Assembly (NCBI GenBank): GCA_963682005.1
Contig: OY820914.1
Location: forward strand, 4,964,979-5,028,978
Direction of reading: 5' to 3'
DNA length: 64,000 nt
Source: Bacteroidales bacterium
GTDB taxonomy: Bacteria; Bacteroidota; Bacteroidia; Bacteroidales; FEN-979
Shown: piece after piece, positions 1-8,905 of the stretch
Layout of the letters: each line of letters starts with the position of its first letter
How positions within the stretch are numbered: the first letter of the stretch is position 1
The notes under the pieces: generated by a model
What the model was told of the DNA's origin: nothing
What the model saw: the letters and a program-made list of their open reading frames with translations, nothing else
The model's database searches: none
Translations under genes and position numbers: made by a program

Positions 1-93
1 TGGATGAGAGAGTATATTATTCCTGTAATTCCCGTAAAAAAAAGAATGTTAACAGGTGCCGGCCTAAGGTAAAAAAACGGTTCCGGTGAACAA

Positions 94-360
94 ATGACCC
101 CTGGGGCAACTAATACTAAGTGCAATCATACAAATATGTTACAAACCTTAAAACAAAACACAATGAAAAAGAACAGTATTGAAACCTGGTTAGATTCCGT
201 CAATGGATATTTTGAATGGACCAACAAAGAGAAGGAGATTTTTATCAAGGGTGTAAAAATCTTTAGCGGTTTGTCCCCGTTAAAAACGAAAGAAATAACA
301 GAGCAGATTTGTGCCTATATTGACGAAAACGCAATATTTGAGTATTCACCAAAATCTTAG
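94..360 (+). CDS. hypothetical protein (88 aa)
   Basis: ORF track only; no motif recognised. Confidence 0.3.
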   Translation: MTPGATNTKCNHTNMLQTLKQNTMKKNSIETWLDSVNGYFEWTNKEKEIFIKGVKIFSGLSPLKTKEITEQICAYIDENAIFEYSPKS

Positions 361-364
361 TACA

Positions 365-529
365 ATGAAAAAAAAGGAGCATGATCACAAAACGGCCAAC
401 GATTTTACTAAAATTGCAAAGGATTTGATAAAAGAACTAAATGGATTATCCTTTGTAGCTGCGAATCACGTATTAGACCTTGCGAAGGAATTGTTAACGG
501 GATCAACAATTAAAACAAGGCAAGATTAA
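365..529 (+). CDS. hypothetical small helical protein (54 aa, internal ATG of the 311..529 ORF)
   Basis: ATG at 365 just after the stop of the previous ORF; K/E-rich; no family recognised. Confidence 0.25.
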   Translation: MKKKEHDHKTANDFTKIAKDLIKELNGLSFVAANHVLDLAKELLTGSTIKTRQD

Positions 530-720
530 AAACCGCCAAATAATTGAAGAAGTAGGGAGTAGTCGGCAATAATAACAAAGGAAATAGACTTGCCGTCCTC
601 CCTAGTTTCCTTCATGGTTATTTTATAATTCCCATTACCGATGTCTTCCATTAATGCCACGGAGGTACGTGAGACAATTTTAGTGCCTTCATCTGAAGTT
701 AATGTAATAAATTCTTTCAT
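526..720 (-). CDS. hypothetical protein (64 aa)
   Basis: ORF track only. Confidence 0.3.
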   Translation of the reverse strand: MKEFITLTSDEGTKIVSRTSVALMEDIGNGNYKITMKETREDGKSISFVIIADYSLLLQLFGGF

Positions 721-879
721 GGCTGTGTGTTTTTAAGTTAATTACTTGATTTTCTTTAATATACCTACAAATGTATTAAAATTTTGTAAATATCAAATTA
801 GATTTCAGAAAATCTTACAAAGATTAACCATAAAAAACTAGAAACCCCTTGATACATCTAAATTTTAACGGTATTCCCT

Positions 880-908
880 CGCGCGCGCACGCGCACGCGC
901 GCGCATGT
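880..908. repeat. 29-nt perfectly alternating pyrimidine-purine tract (CGCGCGCGCACGCGCACGCGCGCGCATGT), Z-DNA-prone
   Basis: Read directly; a GC-only island in very AT-rich DNA, ~105 nt upstream of the ATG at 1012. Confidence 0.85.
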
Positions 909-1011
909 CCCTACTCCCCTTAGACTAAGAAGGCATTGAAAATTAATAAGGAAGTTAAAAAGATTTTTCATATTGTATTCATAAAGATATTTTATATTTG
1001 AGGAAAAAAAC

Positions 1012-1707
1012 ATGAAAAAATCTTTACTCATATTAGGATTCATATTACTTTGTGTTTTGGCTGAATCGCAAGATTTCATTTACTTTAAGGACAAATCTGT
1101 TATACCGGCTAAAGTATTAGAGGTAAAAGTTGACAGAATACTGTATAAGAGATTTGAAATGCCAAAGGGTCCGACATATGAGGTTTTAAAGAGTGATATT
1201 ATTAAGGTAAAATATTCAACGGGGATTGTTGATGTATATACAAAGTTAGAAATAACAGATTCATTGAAAAAGGCTATTGACAAGAAAAAAATTGATACAA
1301 CAAATTTTGCAACTATCTACATATTATTCAATGACAAACATGACGAGAGTCAATTGATGCCATTATATTTCAATGGTCATTATGTTATAACATTTCGGAA
1401 CCATATGAGATTGAAATATAAAATGTACTCTGAAGGTCAGTTAGTTATTCAAAGAAGGGGGAGAAATGCCTATAAAATGGGTCCAACATCAATATTTGAT
1501 ATAGAGTCCGGGAAATCATATGCCCTAAATATGATGGAACCAAATGCGGTTGCTCTCGATCCAAATACACGGTTTAAATTTGAAGTTATCAGTGATAGTT
1601 TAGAATTAGTTACTTTCCTTAAAGAAAAATTTTTTGGTTTTCAACCCTTTAAAGAATGGGACAAAGAAATGTTTGAAGAACAAAGTAATCCATTAATACA
1701 ATACTAA
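1012..1707 (+). CDS. secreted hypothetical protein (231 aa)
   Basis: N-terminal signal-like MKKSLLILGFILLCVLAESQ; no family recognised. Confidence 0.6.
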   Translation: MKKSLLILGFILLCVLAESQDFIYFKDKSVIPAKVLEVKVDRILYKRFEMPKGPTYEVLKSDIIKVKYSTGIVDVYTKLEITDSLKKAIDKKKIDTTNFATIYILFNDKHDESQLMPLYFNGHYVITFRNHMRLKYKMYSEGQLVIQRRGRNAYKMGPTSIFDIESGKSYALNMMEPNAVALDPNTRFKFEVISDSLELVTFLKEKFFGFQPFKEWDKEMFEEQSNPLIQY

Positions 1708-1721
1708 TAATAAAGAAAAAT

Positions 1722-2618
1722 ATGAGAACAAGAATTTTACTTATTCTTTTTGTTGTAATATCCTTTGGATCACGTTCCCAGGTCAATCAAGATAAAGATC
1801 TTATAATATCAGAAAATAACGACAGCATAAAATGTAAGATAATTACCACCGACAAAAAAAGTTTTACATGTAAAATAAATGGATACCTGTATTTTGGTTC
1901 CAAGAATAAATTGTCCATTGATCAAGAAAACAAATCCATAAAAGTTAAAGTTAAAAATCTTAAACTTTACGAAAATCCCGGATCCGATTTTACTACTAAG
2001 GATATATTTAATAAAATTGATTCCGTAATGAAACCAACCGTTAAATGGTCAGTAGATTATGAGAAAAATCTATATAACTATAAGAAATCTAATATATTAT
2101 ATAACAAAATATATTGGTACGGATTAGATTTTAGTCAAGTAAAAATTCAATTAGGAAAAGGCACAAGAACACAATTTTCACAGCCATTTTTTACAGACTG
2201 TAACGATTTTATCCTATCAACTAAGGAAATTCAAGAGTTTAGTAATGAGTTTAATTTTGTAATTGATACAGGTATTGTTATAAACAGAAATAATACAATG
2301 AATGTGTCAAAAATATACAATAAAGACAATAAAATACTGTCAATAGATTCAATTAGAACAATATTAAGGGATTTTCCTACCTCTAAACAGGGTATTGGGT
2401 TAATAGTGTTCCTTACAGCTATCAATAAAGAATTGGAAACGGTAACATATGTTGTTACTTTCTTTGATATAAGGTCAAAATCAGTTTTAGTTTGTTTATC
2501 AGAAACTTCAAAAACGTCCGGTATAGGAATGGCTAATCATTGGACAGCTCCAATTGCAGAATATCTTAATGACCTTTGGCATTATGATTCTTGGCGAGAA
2601 CTTTATTCAGGAAAATGA
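1722..2618 (+). CDS. secreted hypothetical protein (298 aa)
   Basis: N-terminal signal-like MRTRILLILFVVISFGSRSQ; 14 nt after the previous gene, so a likely operon. Confidence 0.6.
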   Translation: MRTRILLILFVVISFGSRSQVNQDKDLIISENNDSIKCKIITTDKKSFTCKINGYLYFGSKNKLSIDQENKSIKVKVKNLKLYENPGSDFTTKDIFNKIDSVMKPTVKWSVDYEKNLYNYKKSNILYNKIYWYGLDFSQVKIQLGKGTRTQFSQPFFTDCNDFILSTKEIQEFSNEFNFVIDTGIVINRNNTMNVSKIYNKDNKILSIDSIRTILRDFPTSKQGIGLIVFLTAINKELETVTYVVTFFDIRSKSVLVCLSETSKTSGIGMANHWTAPIAEYLNDLWHYDSWRELYSGK

Positions 2619-2734
2619 ATATTCTGACCTCAGTCAAACGATAAACACAATCAGAATCACTTTCACCTTCCCCCGGAAAAGAAAAACCCCGCTAAAACAC
2701 TTTTTAAAGTCCCCTCTACAGTCCCCCAATCAAA

Positions 2735-2765
2735 TAAAAACCCCGTAAGTCATTGACCTACGGGG
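2735..2765 (-). terminator. rho-independent terminator downstream of the displaced tRNA-Leu 3' fragment
   Basis: Stem CCCCGTA (2741-2747) / TACGGGG (2759-2765) followed on the minus strand by a T-run (plus-strand A-run 2736-2740). Confidence 0.5.
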
Positions 2766-2768
2766 AAT

Positions 2769-2831
2769 CATCGTACCCGGGGCGGGAATCGAACCCGCAC
2801 GCCCTCGACGGGCACAGGATTTTAAGTCCTG
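2769..2831 (-). repeat. displaced 3' portion of tRNA-Leu(UAA); element-distal att direct repeat
   Basis: 63 nt identical to 36831-36893 except 2808 (A vs T at 36870). Covers the anticodon stem through the 3' end; the tRNA 5' half is missing. Confidence 0.85.
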
Positions 2832-2896
2832 ACAACTTTCCAGAAATACCAATAGAATCAGCCTTTTCGTTCTTGCATTTTGATGCAAAACACGAC

Positions 2897-2922
2897 ATTT
2901 CCGCACCTCATTTCCGCACCTC
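2897..2922 (+). repeat. tandem 13-bp ATTTCCGCACCTC x2; candidate integrase arm-type sites (left end)
   Basis: Core TTCCGCACC also occurs twice at 36717-36741 near the other element end, in the same orientation. Confidence 0.5.
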
Positions 2923-3019
2923 GTCTACCCAAATTTTTTTAAAAATTATTCCTTAAAAGGATACCAATATTCTATTGCCCAAAAATTCACAAATATGTTA
3001 AACCTAAAATCGAAAAGTT

Positions 3020-3712
3020 ATGGAAACAAACAACACCAAGACTGTCTTCATTGAATACAGTTATGCCAAGAAAGGCCAGCATTTCATGACCGTGGTTCAA
3101 ACAGTAAACCACGAAAGAATAATAATCGGACGGATTTTCAGGGAATACAATCCTGAAATTAAAAAAACCTATTACGAAGCTTATGATTTTCAAGGTAACC
3201 GGATTTTCGGCGATGGCCTAGATATCAGCGAACTGAAAAATAAATTCAAGAAAAGCGGAAAGTTTCTATCTGATATGGTAATTGGAATCAGAAGAGCCAA
3301 CTTAAAAGTAAACCTCAAACCGCAAGTTAATCAGAAACCCGCCAGAGTCAATGATATAAAATCAATCCGGGATAAGAAGAATGGCAGAGATAAAGGAAAA
3401 ACAAAAGATCACGAAAAGGAAAAGGCAAGCGAAAAAACAAAACTGAATCAGATGGAAAAAGTACAGGACGAAAAAAATCATGTTCAATACAAGGATCTCG
3501 GCAATGTCATTGACAGAGAGCAGGAAAACAACAAGTCACATGAAGTACGTGAATCAACATCAAACCCGGAGAACACAAATCAAGCTGACCAGGAGGACGA
3601 GTCCCAGGAAACTGAAAAGTCTGACAGGGAAATGGAATTGGAAGAGATAAGAGCAGACAATGACGACAGGGAACAGGACATAGACGGACCAGACCAAGAT
3701 ATGGACCTCTAA
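3020..3712 (+). CDS. hypothetical protein with globular N-domain and long K/E/D-rich acidic tail (230 aa)
   Basis: ORF; the N-domain is paralogous to the next ORF (..IIGRIFREY...YYEAYDFQGN..). Confidence 0.55.
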   Translation: METNNTKTVFIEYSYAKKGQHFMTVVQTVNHERIIIGRIFREYNPEIKKTYYEAYDFQGNRIFGDGLDISELKNKFKKSGKFLSDMVIGIRRANLKVNLKPQVNQKPARVNDIKSIRDKKNGRDKGKTKDHEKEKASEKTKLNQMEKVQDEKNHVQYKDLGNVIDREQENNKSHEVRESTSNPENTNQADQEDESQETEKSDREMELEEIRADNDDREQDIDGPDQDMDL

Positions 3713-3722
3713 AAAAACTGAC

Positions 3723-4097
3723 ATGAAAAAGACAGTTGACGAAAGAACGCAGGTAAAGTTCAGCAATCCAGATCTTTCAACGAGCATTATCAAAGTATCA
3801 AGAGTACTACCTGATGGCTCCGAGGAATTCATTGGACAAGTTTATCCTGAAATTGGAAACGGGGAGGAGTCGATAATATACCGCTCTGTCGATAGGAACG
3901 GTGAAGAAACGTTGCCCCCTACTTCAGATTTTATCGAAATCGAAAAACAATATGAAAAAAACATCCAAAACGCTGTCGAAATATCTTACTTCCAAGATAT
4001 GGAATCAATTATAGATGAATATGAAAGGAGAGAAGACGAGATTAAAATCTTACGTCATGATAAACACAGAACTAAATTAAAATTACTTCACAGATAA
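3723..4097 (+). CDS. hypothetical protein, paralog of the N-domain of the 3020 ORF (124 aa)
   Basis: ..FIGQVYPEI...IYRSVDRNGE.. aligns with the upstream protein; 10-nt spacing. Confidence 0.5.
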   Translation: MKKTVDERTQVKFSNPDLSTSIIKVSRVLPDGSEEFIGQVYPEIGNGEESIIYRSVDRNGEETLPPTSDFIEIEKQYEKNIQNAVEISYFQDMESIIDEYERREDEIKILRHDKHRTKLKLLHR

Positions 4098-4123
4098 TTA
4101 TTCATTCATTAAAACCACAAATT

Positions 4124-5209
4124 ATGAAAACAAAAACCGTTACGTTACAGACCGGCAACATCTTCGATCCTGTATTGGAGGAAATGTTGCAGAAAAGAGA
4201 TGATGAAATCAAGGTCTTAGTTGAAAAGAATGCGAAAAACTTCGCTCAACGAAACCTCCCGGCTCTTAAAGGAGACAATCTTTTAAACTATATCGGCGAA
4301 CCAAAAGCCAGATATGAAAAGCTGGCGGCCGATGTATTCCATTATCTCCAACCCGAAGCGCATTTTCCAGAAGCAAAGGTAGATGCCGGCTACTTCAAAG
4401 AGAAGGTAAAAAACATAGATTTAGAGATGAATGATAAGGAGGCTAAGAACCAGCATGACGAGAATAACTTAAGAGATTTTGCAAGAAATAGTATCCCGTC
4501 ACGCATCACCTGGGCATTCGTAGCCACTCTTATCATTACCCTCGGTGAAATAACGTTCAATACCAAAGCCTTTCAGGTGACAGGGGAAAGTCTTCTTTTC
4601 GCCTTGATCCTGTCTGTCTGTATTTCTTTTGCAGTGTTTCTCTTTGCTCACATCACTCCAATGCTTTATAAAGGAGCGACAAATAAGCTTCAAAGGATAG
4701 GCATAGTATCCGGGGCGCTTGTTCTCGTAACCTGCTTATTTATCGCCTTAGCAATCTTTAGATCAAGCTACCTGGCTACCCATGATGTCCATATCAGCCC
4801 CACATATTTTGTGATAATAAATCTTTTCTTCTTCATTGTTTCCACCCTGGTTTCATTCTTTGTCCTGCCTTCCTGGCCAGAGATAAAAGAGAACGCTTTA
4901 CTACTGAAACTTCAGTATGTTGTAAAGAAACGGAAGAAGGAAATAGAAAAGTTAAAGTTAGAACGTGAGAAAATCATGTCAACAATCTTAGAGAGGACAA
5001 AAATCCGGATCAGAATAGCACATTACTCAAACTACGCCGCCGAAAGGATCAAAAAAATGTATTACGAATCAGTAGGCATGTTTAAAACCAACAACCTGAT
5101 TTTCCGTAATGACGGCACCCCTCCTGATTGTTTTTCTGACGACCCTCCCATCCCTGAAATTGACAACTTTTATTATTCGCTGATATCCACTAAAGACGAT
5201 CAACCATGA
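4124..5209 (+). CDS. multi-pass membrane protein with coiled-coil N- and C-terminal regions (361 aa)
   Basis: About 5 hydrophobic helices in the middle (ITWAFVATLIITLG.., LLFALILSVCISFAVFLFAHI.., IGIVSGALVLVTCLFIALAIF.., YFVIINLFFFIVSTLVSFFVL). Confidence 0.6.
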   Translation: MKTKTVTLQTGNIFDPVLEEMLQKRDDEIKVLVEKNAKNFAQRNLPALKGDNLLNYIGEPKARYEKLAADVFHYLQPEAHFPEAKVDAGYFKEKVKNIDLEMNDKEAKNQHDENNLRDFARNSIPSRITWAFVATLIITLGEITFNTKAFQVTGESLLFALILSVCISFAVFLFAHITPMLYKGATNKLQRIGIVSGALVLVTCLFIALAIFRSSYLATHDVHISPTYFVIINLFFFIVSTLVSFFVLPSWPEIKENALLLKLQYVVKKRKKEIEKLKLEREKIMSTILERTKIRIRIAHYSNYAAERIKKMYYESVGMFKTNNLIFRNDGTPPDCFSDDPPIPEIDNFYYSLISTKDDQP

Positions 5210-5928
5210 AAACAGCAATTTATTTAGGCTCAACCCTTCTCATAATACTTGCCGGTATAATTATTATGAGGAAATCGCCCGATCAGCATTTTACTTCTAC
5301 CGATATAACCGTTATGCGGGATATCACGGATACTCAAATCTCACAACCCAAACTGTCCGATGTTTCCACTCTTTTAGATCTCGATAATTCAAAATGGGAT
5401 GGCGCAAACTTCAAATTCGTCGATATAACTGACGTGAGCTACAATCATATTTATGAAACTAAGATTCTACCTGAAAATCAATGGCTGGGTAATGAGTTGG
5501 ATCGGGATGAGAAAGTGAAGAAGTTCTATACTGAAATCTCCCAAATCCTTACTAATGCTGACACAGAGAAGGTAGGGAAGGTCAATTCTTCGATATATAA
5601 ACCTATTGCCTCTGAATTAAACTGTCTCAGTCTAAGTGCTTCACAAAACAAATCATTATTGGTCTACAGTGATTTGGAAGAGAATACTGACAAATTTTCT
5701 TTTTATGATAAGAAAAAAATCATCCTGTTAAGAACGGAACCGGACAGCATCCGAAAATACTTTGAAGCCCTCTCTCCCTTAAAAAATCTGACAGGAATCA
5801 AAGTCTTTCTGATTTACCAACCAAAAAATAACGAAGCCGATGAACTGTATCAACTAATTGCCGGATTGTACAAAACTCTACTGGAAAGTAAAGGAGCAAA
5901 AGTTGAAATCACCGCAAACATTAACTAA
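5206..5928 (+). CDS. membrane-anchored hypothetical protein (240 aa)
   Basis: 4-nt overlap with the upstream gene; single N-terminal TM AIYLGSTLLIILAGIIIM. Confidence 0.55.
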   Translation: MKTAIYLGSTLLIILAGIIIMRKSPDQHFTSTDITVMRDITDTQISQPKLSDVSTLLDLDNSKWDGANFKFVDITDVSYNHIYETKILPENQWLGNELDRDEKVKKFYTEISQILTNADTEKVGKVNSSIYKPIASELNCLSLSASQNKSLLVYSDLEENTDKFSFYDKKKIILLRTEPDSIRKYFEALSPLKNLTGIKVFLIYQPKNNEADELYQLIAGLYKTLLESKGAKVEITANIN

Positions 5929-5956
5929 AAGATTCAAACCCATAAAATTTTTAAAA

Positions 5957-6106
5957 ATGAAAAAGCGTGTAATCTTTTGGAGAATCTTGAAATGGTTTTT
6001 AGTACTTGCCTTCAAGATATTTATCGTTCTGCTTTGGGGAACCTTGAGATTGATAGAAGTAATCCTACAAAACCTCAATCCCTATCTTAAAAAATTGATT
6101 ACCTAA
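5957..6106 (+). CDS. small membrane protein (49 aa)
   Basis: ATG at 5957 inside the 5858..6106 ORF; hydrophobic WRILKWFLVLAFKIFIVLLWG. Confidence 0.3.
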   Translation: MKKRVIFWRILKWFLVLAFKIFIVLLWGTLRLIEVILQNLNPYLKKLIT

Positions 6107-6123
6107 CCTTTAATTAAAACAAT

Positions 6124-7587
6124 ATGAAAGCAATTATCCAAATAATAACTTTAATCTTCGACCTTCTGAAAGGTATTTTTGACCTTCTATTTGAAGCGGG
6201 TGAATTTATCTTTCAAGCTTCAACTAAAAAAAAAGGATACCATTCCTCTTTTGCCTCCCAAGGGATCTTACTTTCCAGGTATAATAACGGATTCTGTTTG
6301 ACCGGCAGAAGAAACCTGAGCAAGAAAGATTGTTACCAAAATGCTTTAATAATCGGCGGAACCGGGACCGGTAAAACCAGTATTGTACTAATCCCTTCGC
6401 TATTTACCATGCAGGATAGCCTGGTGATTCATGATCCCTCTGGTGAACTCTATAACAAAAGTGCCGGCTATTTGAAACAAAGAGGCTTTGAAATCAAAGT
6501 TCTGAATTTTGCCAAACCTCAAAATTCATCTGGCTATAATCCTTTGATACGAGCACAGACTTCTTCCGACATTCAAAAAGTAGCCTCTTTGCTAATTGAT
6601 AATACATTAGGGAGTAAAGGGAAAGATCCCTTTTGGAACATCCAGGCAGTTTCGCTTCTAACCATGCTGATCACTATCTTAAAAAAACAACCCTTCGAAT
6701 ATCAAAATCTTTGCAATGTTCGCCAACTGCTCAACAGCCTTGGGGCCAATCCTGAATCAGTCGATACGCTATTCAGCGAATATGCCGATGATACTCTGTT
6801 TACAGAATACAAATCCTTTATTTCCTACGATGAAAAAGTAGTTAGCGGAGTAATCGCTACCTGCAAAGCAGCCCTTCAAATTTTCAATGATGAATATGTA
6901 GCCAAAGTGACCTCCTTCGACAATCTAGACCTGATGGAGTTCAGAAATAAGCCGACAGCTCTGTATATTCAAAATTCCATTGCCGACCAAAAATATTACA
7001 GTGTCCTGACTTCATTGTTCTTTGAGCAATTCTTTGCCTTTCTCTTAGGACGTTTTCCGGAGAAAAAGGAAAAAGACATTTTTCTCTTGATTGACGAAGC
7101 GGCTTCTTTAAACCTGCCCACTTTACCTTTGGCAGTTGCCAATGTTCGGAAACACCGTTCAGGCATTATGCTTTTGATTCAGGATTTTAATCAGTTGACA
7201 CATCATTACGGGAAATTTGATGCGGATGGCATTAAAGCGAATTGTTTTACCAAAATGTACTTCACCGGAGGATCTCTTGAAACTACCAAAGAACTTGAGC
7301 AAACCCTCGGGAAATATGAATATGAAGATAAGAAAAAAGGAATGGTGACCCGTTCATTAATGACCAATGACGAAATCCGAACTATGAAAATCAACAAAGC
7401 TTTACTCGTTTGCGGTCATCATCCACCGATCATAGCAAGATTGAAGCCTTATTATAAAAACAAGACTTATCTGCAATACAGCCAGCTCGAATCTCCGGAT
7501 ATTGAAACAGAGAAGCTTGCCTATGTCGTTCCATTATTACTCCTTGGATCTACCAAGAAATACCATGAAGAGAACCAGGAAGCATAA
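6124..7587 (+). CDS. type IV coupling protein (TraG/VirD4/MobC-type T4CP)
   Basis: N-terminal TM, Walker A GGTGTGKTS, Walker B-like IFLLIDEAASL; sits next to the relaxase. Confidence 0.85.
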   Translation: MKAIIQIITLIFDLLKGIFDLLFEAGEFIFQASTKKKGYHSSFASQGILLSRYNNGFCLTGRRNLSKKDCYQNALIIGGTGTGKTSIVLIPSLFTMQDSLVIHDPSGELYNKSAGYLKQRGFEIKVLNFAKPQNSSGYNPLIRAQTSSDIQKVASLLIDNTLGSKGKDPFWNIQAVSLLTMLITILKKQPFEYQNLCNVRQLLNSLGANPESVDTLFSEYADDTLFTEYKSFISYDEKVVSGVIATCKAALQIFNDEYVAKVTSFDNLDLMEFRNKPTALYIQNSIADQKYYSVLTSLFFEQFFAFLLGRFPEKKEKDIFLLIDEAASLNLPTLPLAVANVRKHRSGIMLLIQDFNQLTHHYGKFDADGIKANCFTKMYFTGGSLETTKELEQTLGKYEYEDKKKGMVTRSLMTNDEIRTMKINKALLVCGHHPPIIARLKPYYKNKTYLQYSQLESPDIETEKLAYVVPLLLLGSTKKYHEENQEA

Positions 7588-8074
7588 AGGGGCAATATGG
7601 GATTATCTCGAGACCTCCGGAGTACTTGAAAATGGCACAGATGAAGAGATAAAAGCGGCAAAAAAGGCATACAGAAAAGGATACTATCTAAGCTATAAAA
7701 GAAACCAACGTGCCAACAAGCCAGAGTTTATTATCAATTTTTCATCAGAGAATGGGGAGTATAGCAAGGTAAAGATGGCCGCAAAACATCATAAGATGAC
7801 CGTGACGGCCTTTATTCGATCATCAGTACTGGCATACCTGCAACAACGATTTCTCGTCCCTAATGCATTCCAAGTAGCCCATTTAGAGGAAACCCTCTCT
7901 CAATGTTTAAATGAAATACAAAAACTCGTCGGAGCTAAAGAAAAGTACTATTGGTCAAGAGAAGAAAAGTTTGAAGCAATTGAAAAAAGGATTGAAAAAC
8001 TTGAATATGACATAGATCAAGTATTTCGAAACCCTCCATTACTCCATCATGATAATCAAAATCAAATCCTTTAA
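7565..8074 (+). CDS. relaxosome accessory protein (RHH / MobA-MobC-like)
   Basis: Start taken at MKRTRKHKG. Contains a MTVTAFIRSSVLAYL ribbon-helix-helix-like segment. Overlaps the T4CP and relaxase genes. Confidence 0.55.
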   Translation: MKRTRKHKGAIWDYLETSGVLENGTDEEIKAAKKAYRKGYYLSYKRNQRANKPEFIINFSSENGEYSKVKMAAKHHKMTVTAFIRSSVLAYLQQRFLVPNAFQVAHLEETLSQCLNEIQKLVGAKEKYYWSREEKFEAIEKRIEKLEYDIDQVFRNPPLLHHDNQNQIL

Positions 8075-8891
8075 AAAGCCCGACTTCAAGAGACTGCTTG
8101 AATACATGCTCAATGATGAAAATCGCCTTTTTAACAGTAAAGACAAAAGTTTTTTTATCAGTCACAACTTAAAGGGAAGAAAGATTGATGGGCTGGTAAA
8201 GCAGTACTTGGAGAATGAAAAATTCCGTAAACGCAAAAGGAAAGACAGCGTAATTCTTACTCACGAAATTATTTCCTTTCATAAAGACGATTCAGATAAC
8301 ATTAACATCGAAAAACTGGAAGAAATCGCCAGGGAGTATATCAAACAAAGAAATAGCAGGGGAATATATGTAGCTGTCCCTCACTTTGATAAAGAACATT
8401 ACCATATTCATATCTGCGCTTCAGGCGTGGAATACCGGTTTGGGAAATCTCTGAGAATGTCCAAGGCAGGATTCCAGAAACTAAAAAAGGATATCCAAAA
8501 TTTTCAGATCGAACGGTTTCCGGAAATTTCCAAATCCTTGGTAGCTCATGATAAAAAAGGGAAGTCTCGACAAACGGAAAAGGAATACCAGCAAAAACTT
8601 AGAACCGGCAGGACTACTAAAAAAGAAAATGTCAGAGAAGCGATTGAGTCCTGTATAAAAACATCAAAATCAAAAAAAGAATTTTACACGAAGCTTAAAG
8701 AGTCTGGCTTTGAGATTTATAAAAGAAGCGGAAAGATCACCGGCGTTGTCTTGGACAAAATGAAGTTTCGCTTTGCTCGTCTCGGATTTACGGATGAAAG
8801 GTTTGAAGATCTGAATCAAGGCGATACACGAAGGAAAGACTTAAGTGAACTTAGAACGAAACGGGGAAAAACTATTATTCGCAACCGATAA
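8049..8891 (+). CDS. mobilization relaxase (MobA/VirD2 family)
   Basis: Histidine triad HFDKEHYHIHI; size and position typical of Bacteroidota mob relaxases. Confidence 0.8.
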   Translation: MIIKIKSFKKPDFKRLLEYMLNDENRLFNSKDKSFFISHNLKGRKIDGLVKQYLENEKFRKRKRKDSVILTHEIISFHKDDSDNINIEKLEEIAREYIKQRNSRGIYVAVPHFDKEHYHIHICASGVEYRFGKSLRMSKAGFQKLKKDIQNFQIERFPEISKSLVAHDKKGKSRQTEKEYQQKLRTGRTTKKENVREAIESCIKTSKSKKEFYTKLKESGFEIYKRSGKITGVVLDKMKFRFARLGFTDERFEDLNQGDTRRKDLSELRTKRGKTIIRNR

Positions 8892-8905
8892 CCTCTATTA
8901 ATCAC

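Noticed and set aside
1-2734. A second genomic island in tandem to the left of the att remnant
   Set aside because: The region is AT-rich with secreted hypothetical proteins, but no integrase, att site or mobility gene is visible in the window. The evidence is insufficient.
2753-2956. ORF of 67 aa; its counterpart is 36701..36961
   Set aside because: Both read through tRNA-Leu-derived sequence (shared YPGRESNPHAL peptide). They are artefacts of the tRNA/att repeat.
7502-7564. N-terminal extension of the mob accessory ORF
   Set aside because: It overlaps the T4CP 3' end by 86 nt. The internal ATG at 7565 gives a more plausible 23-nt overlap.
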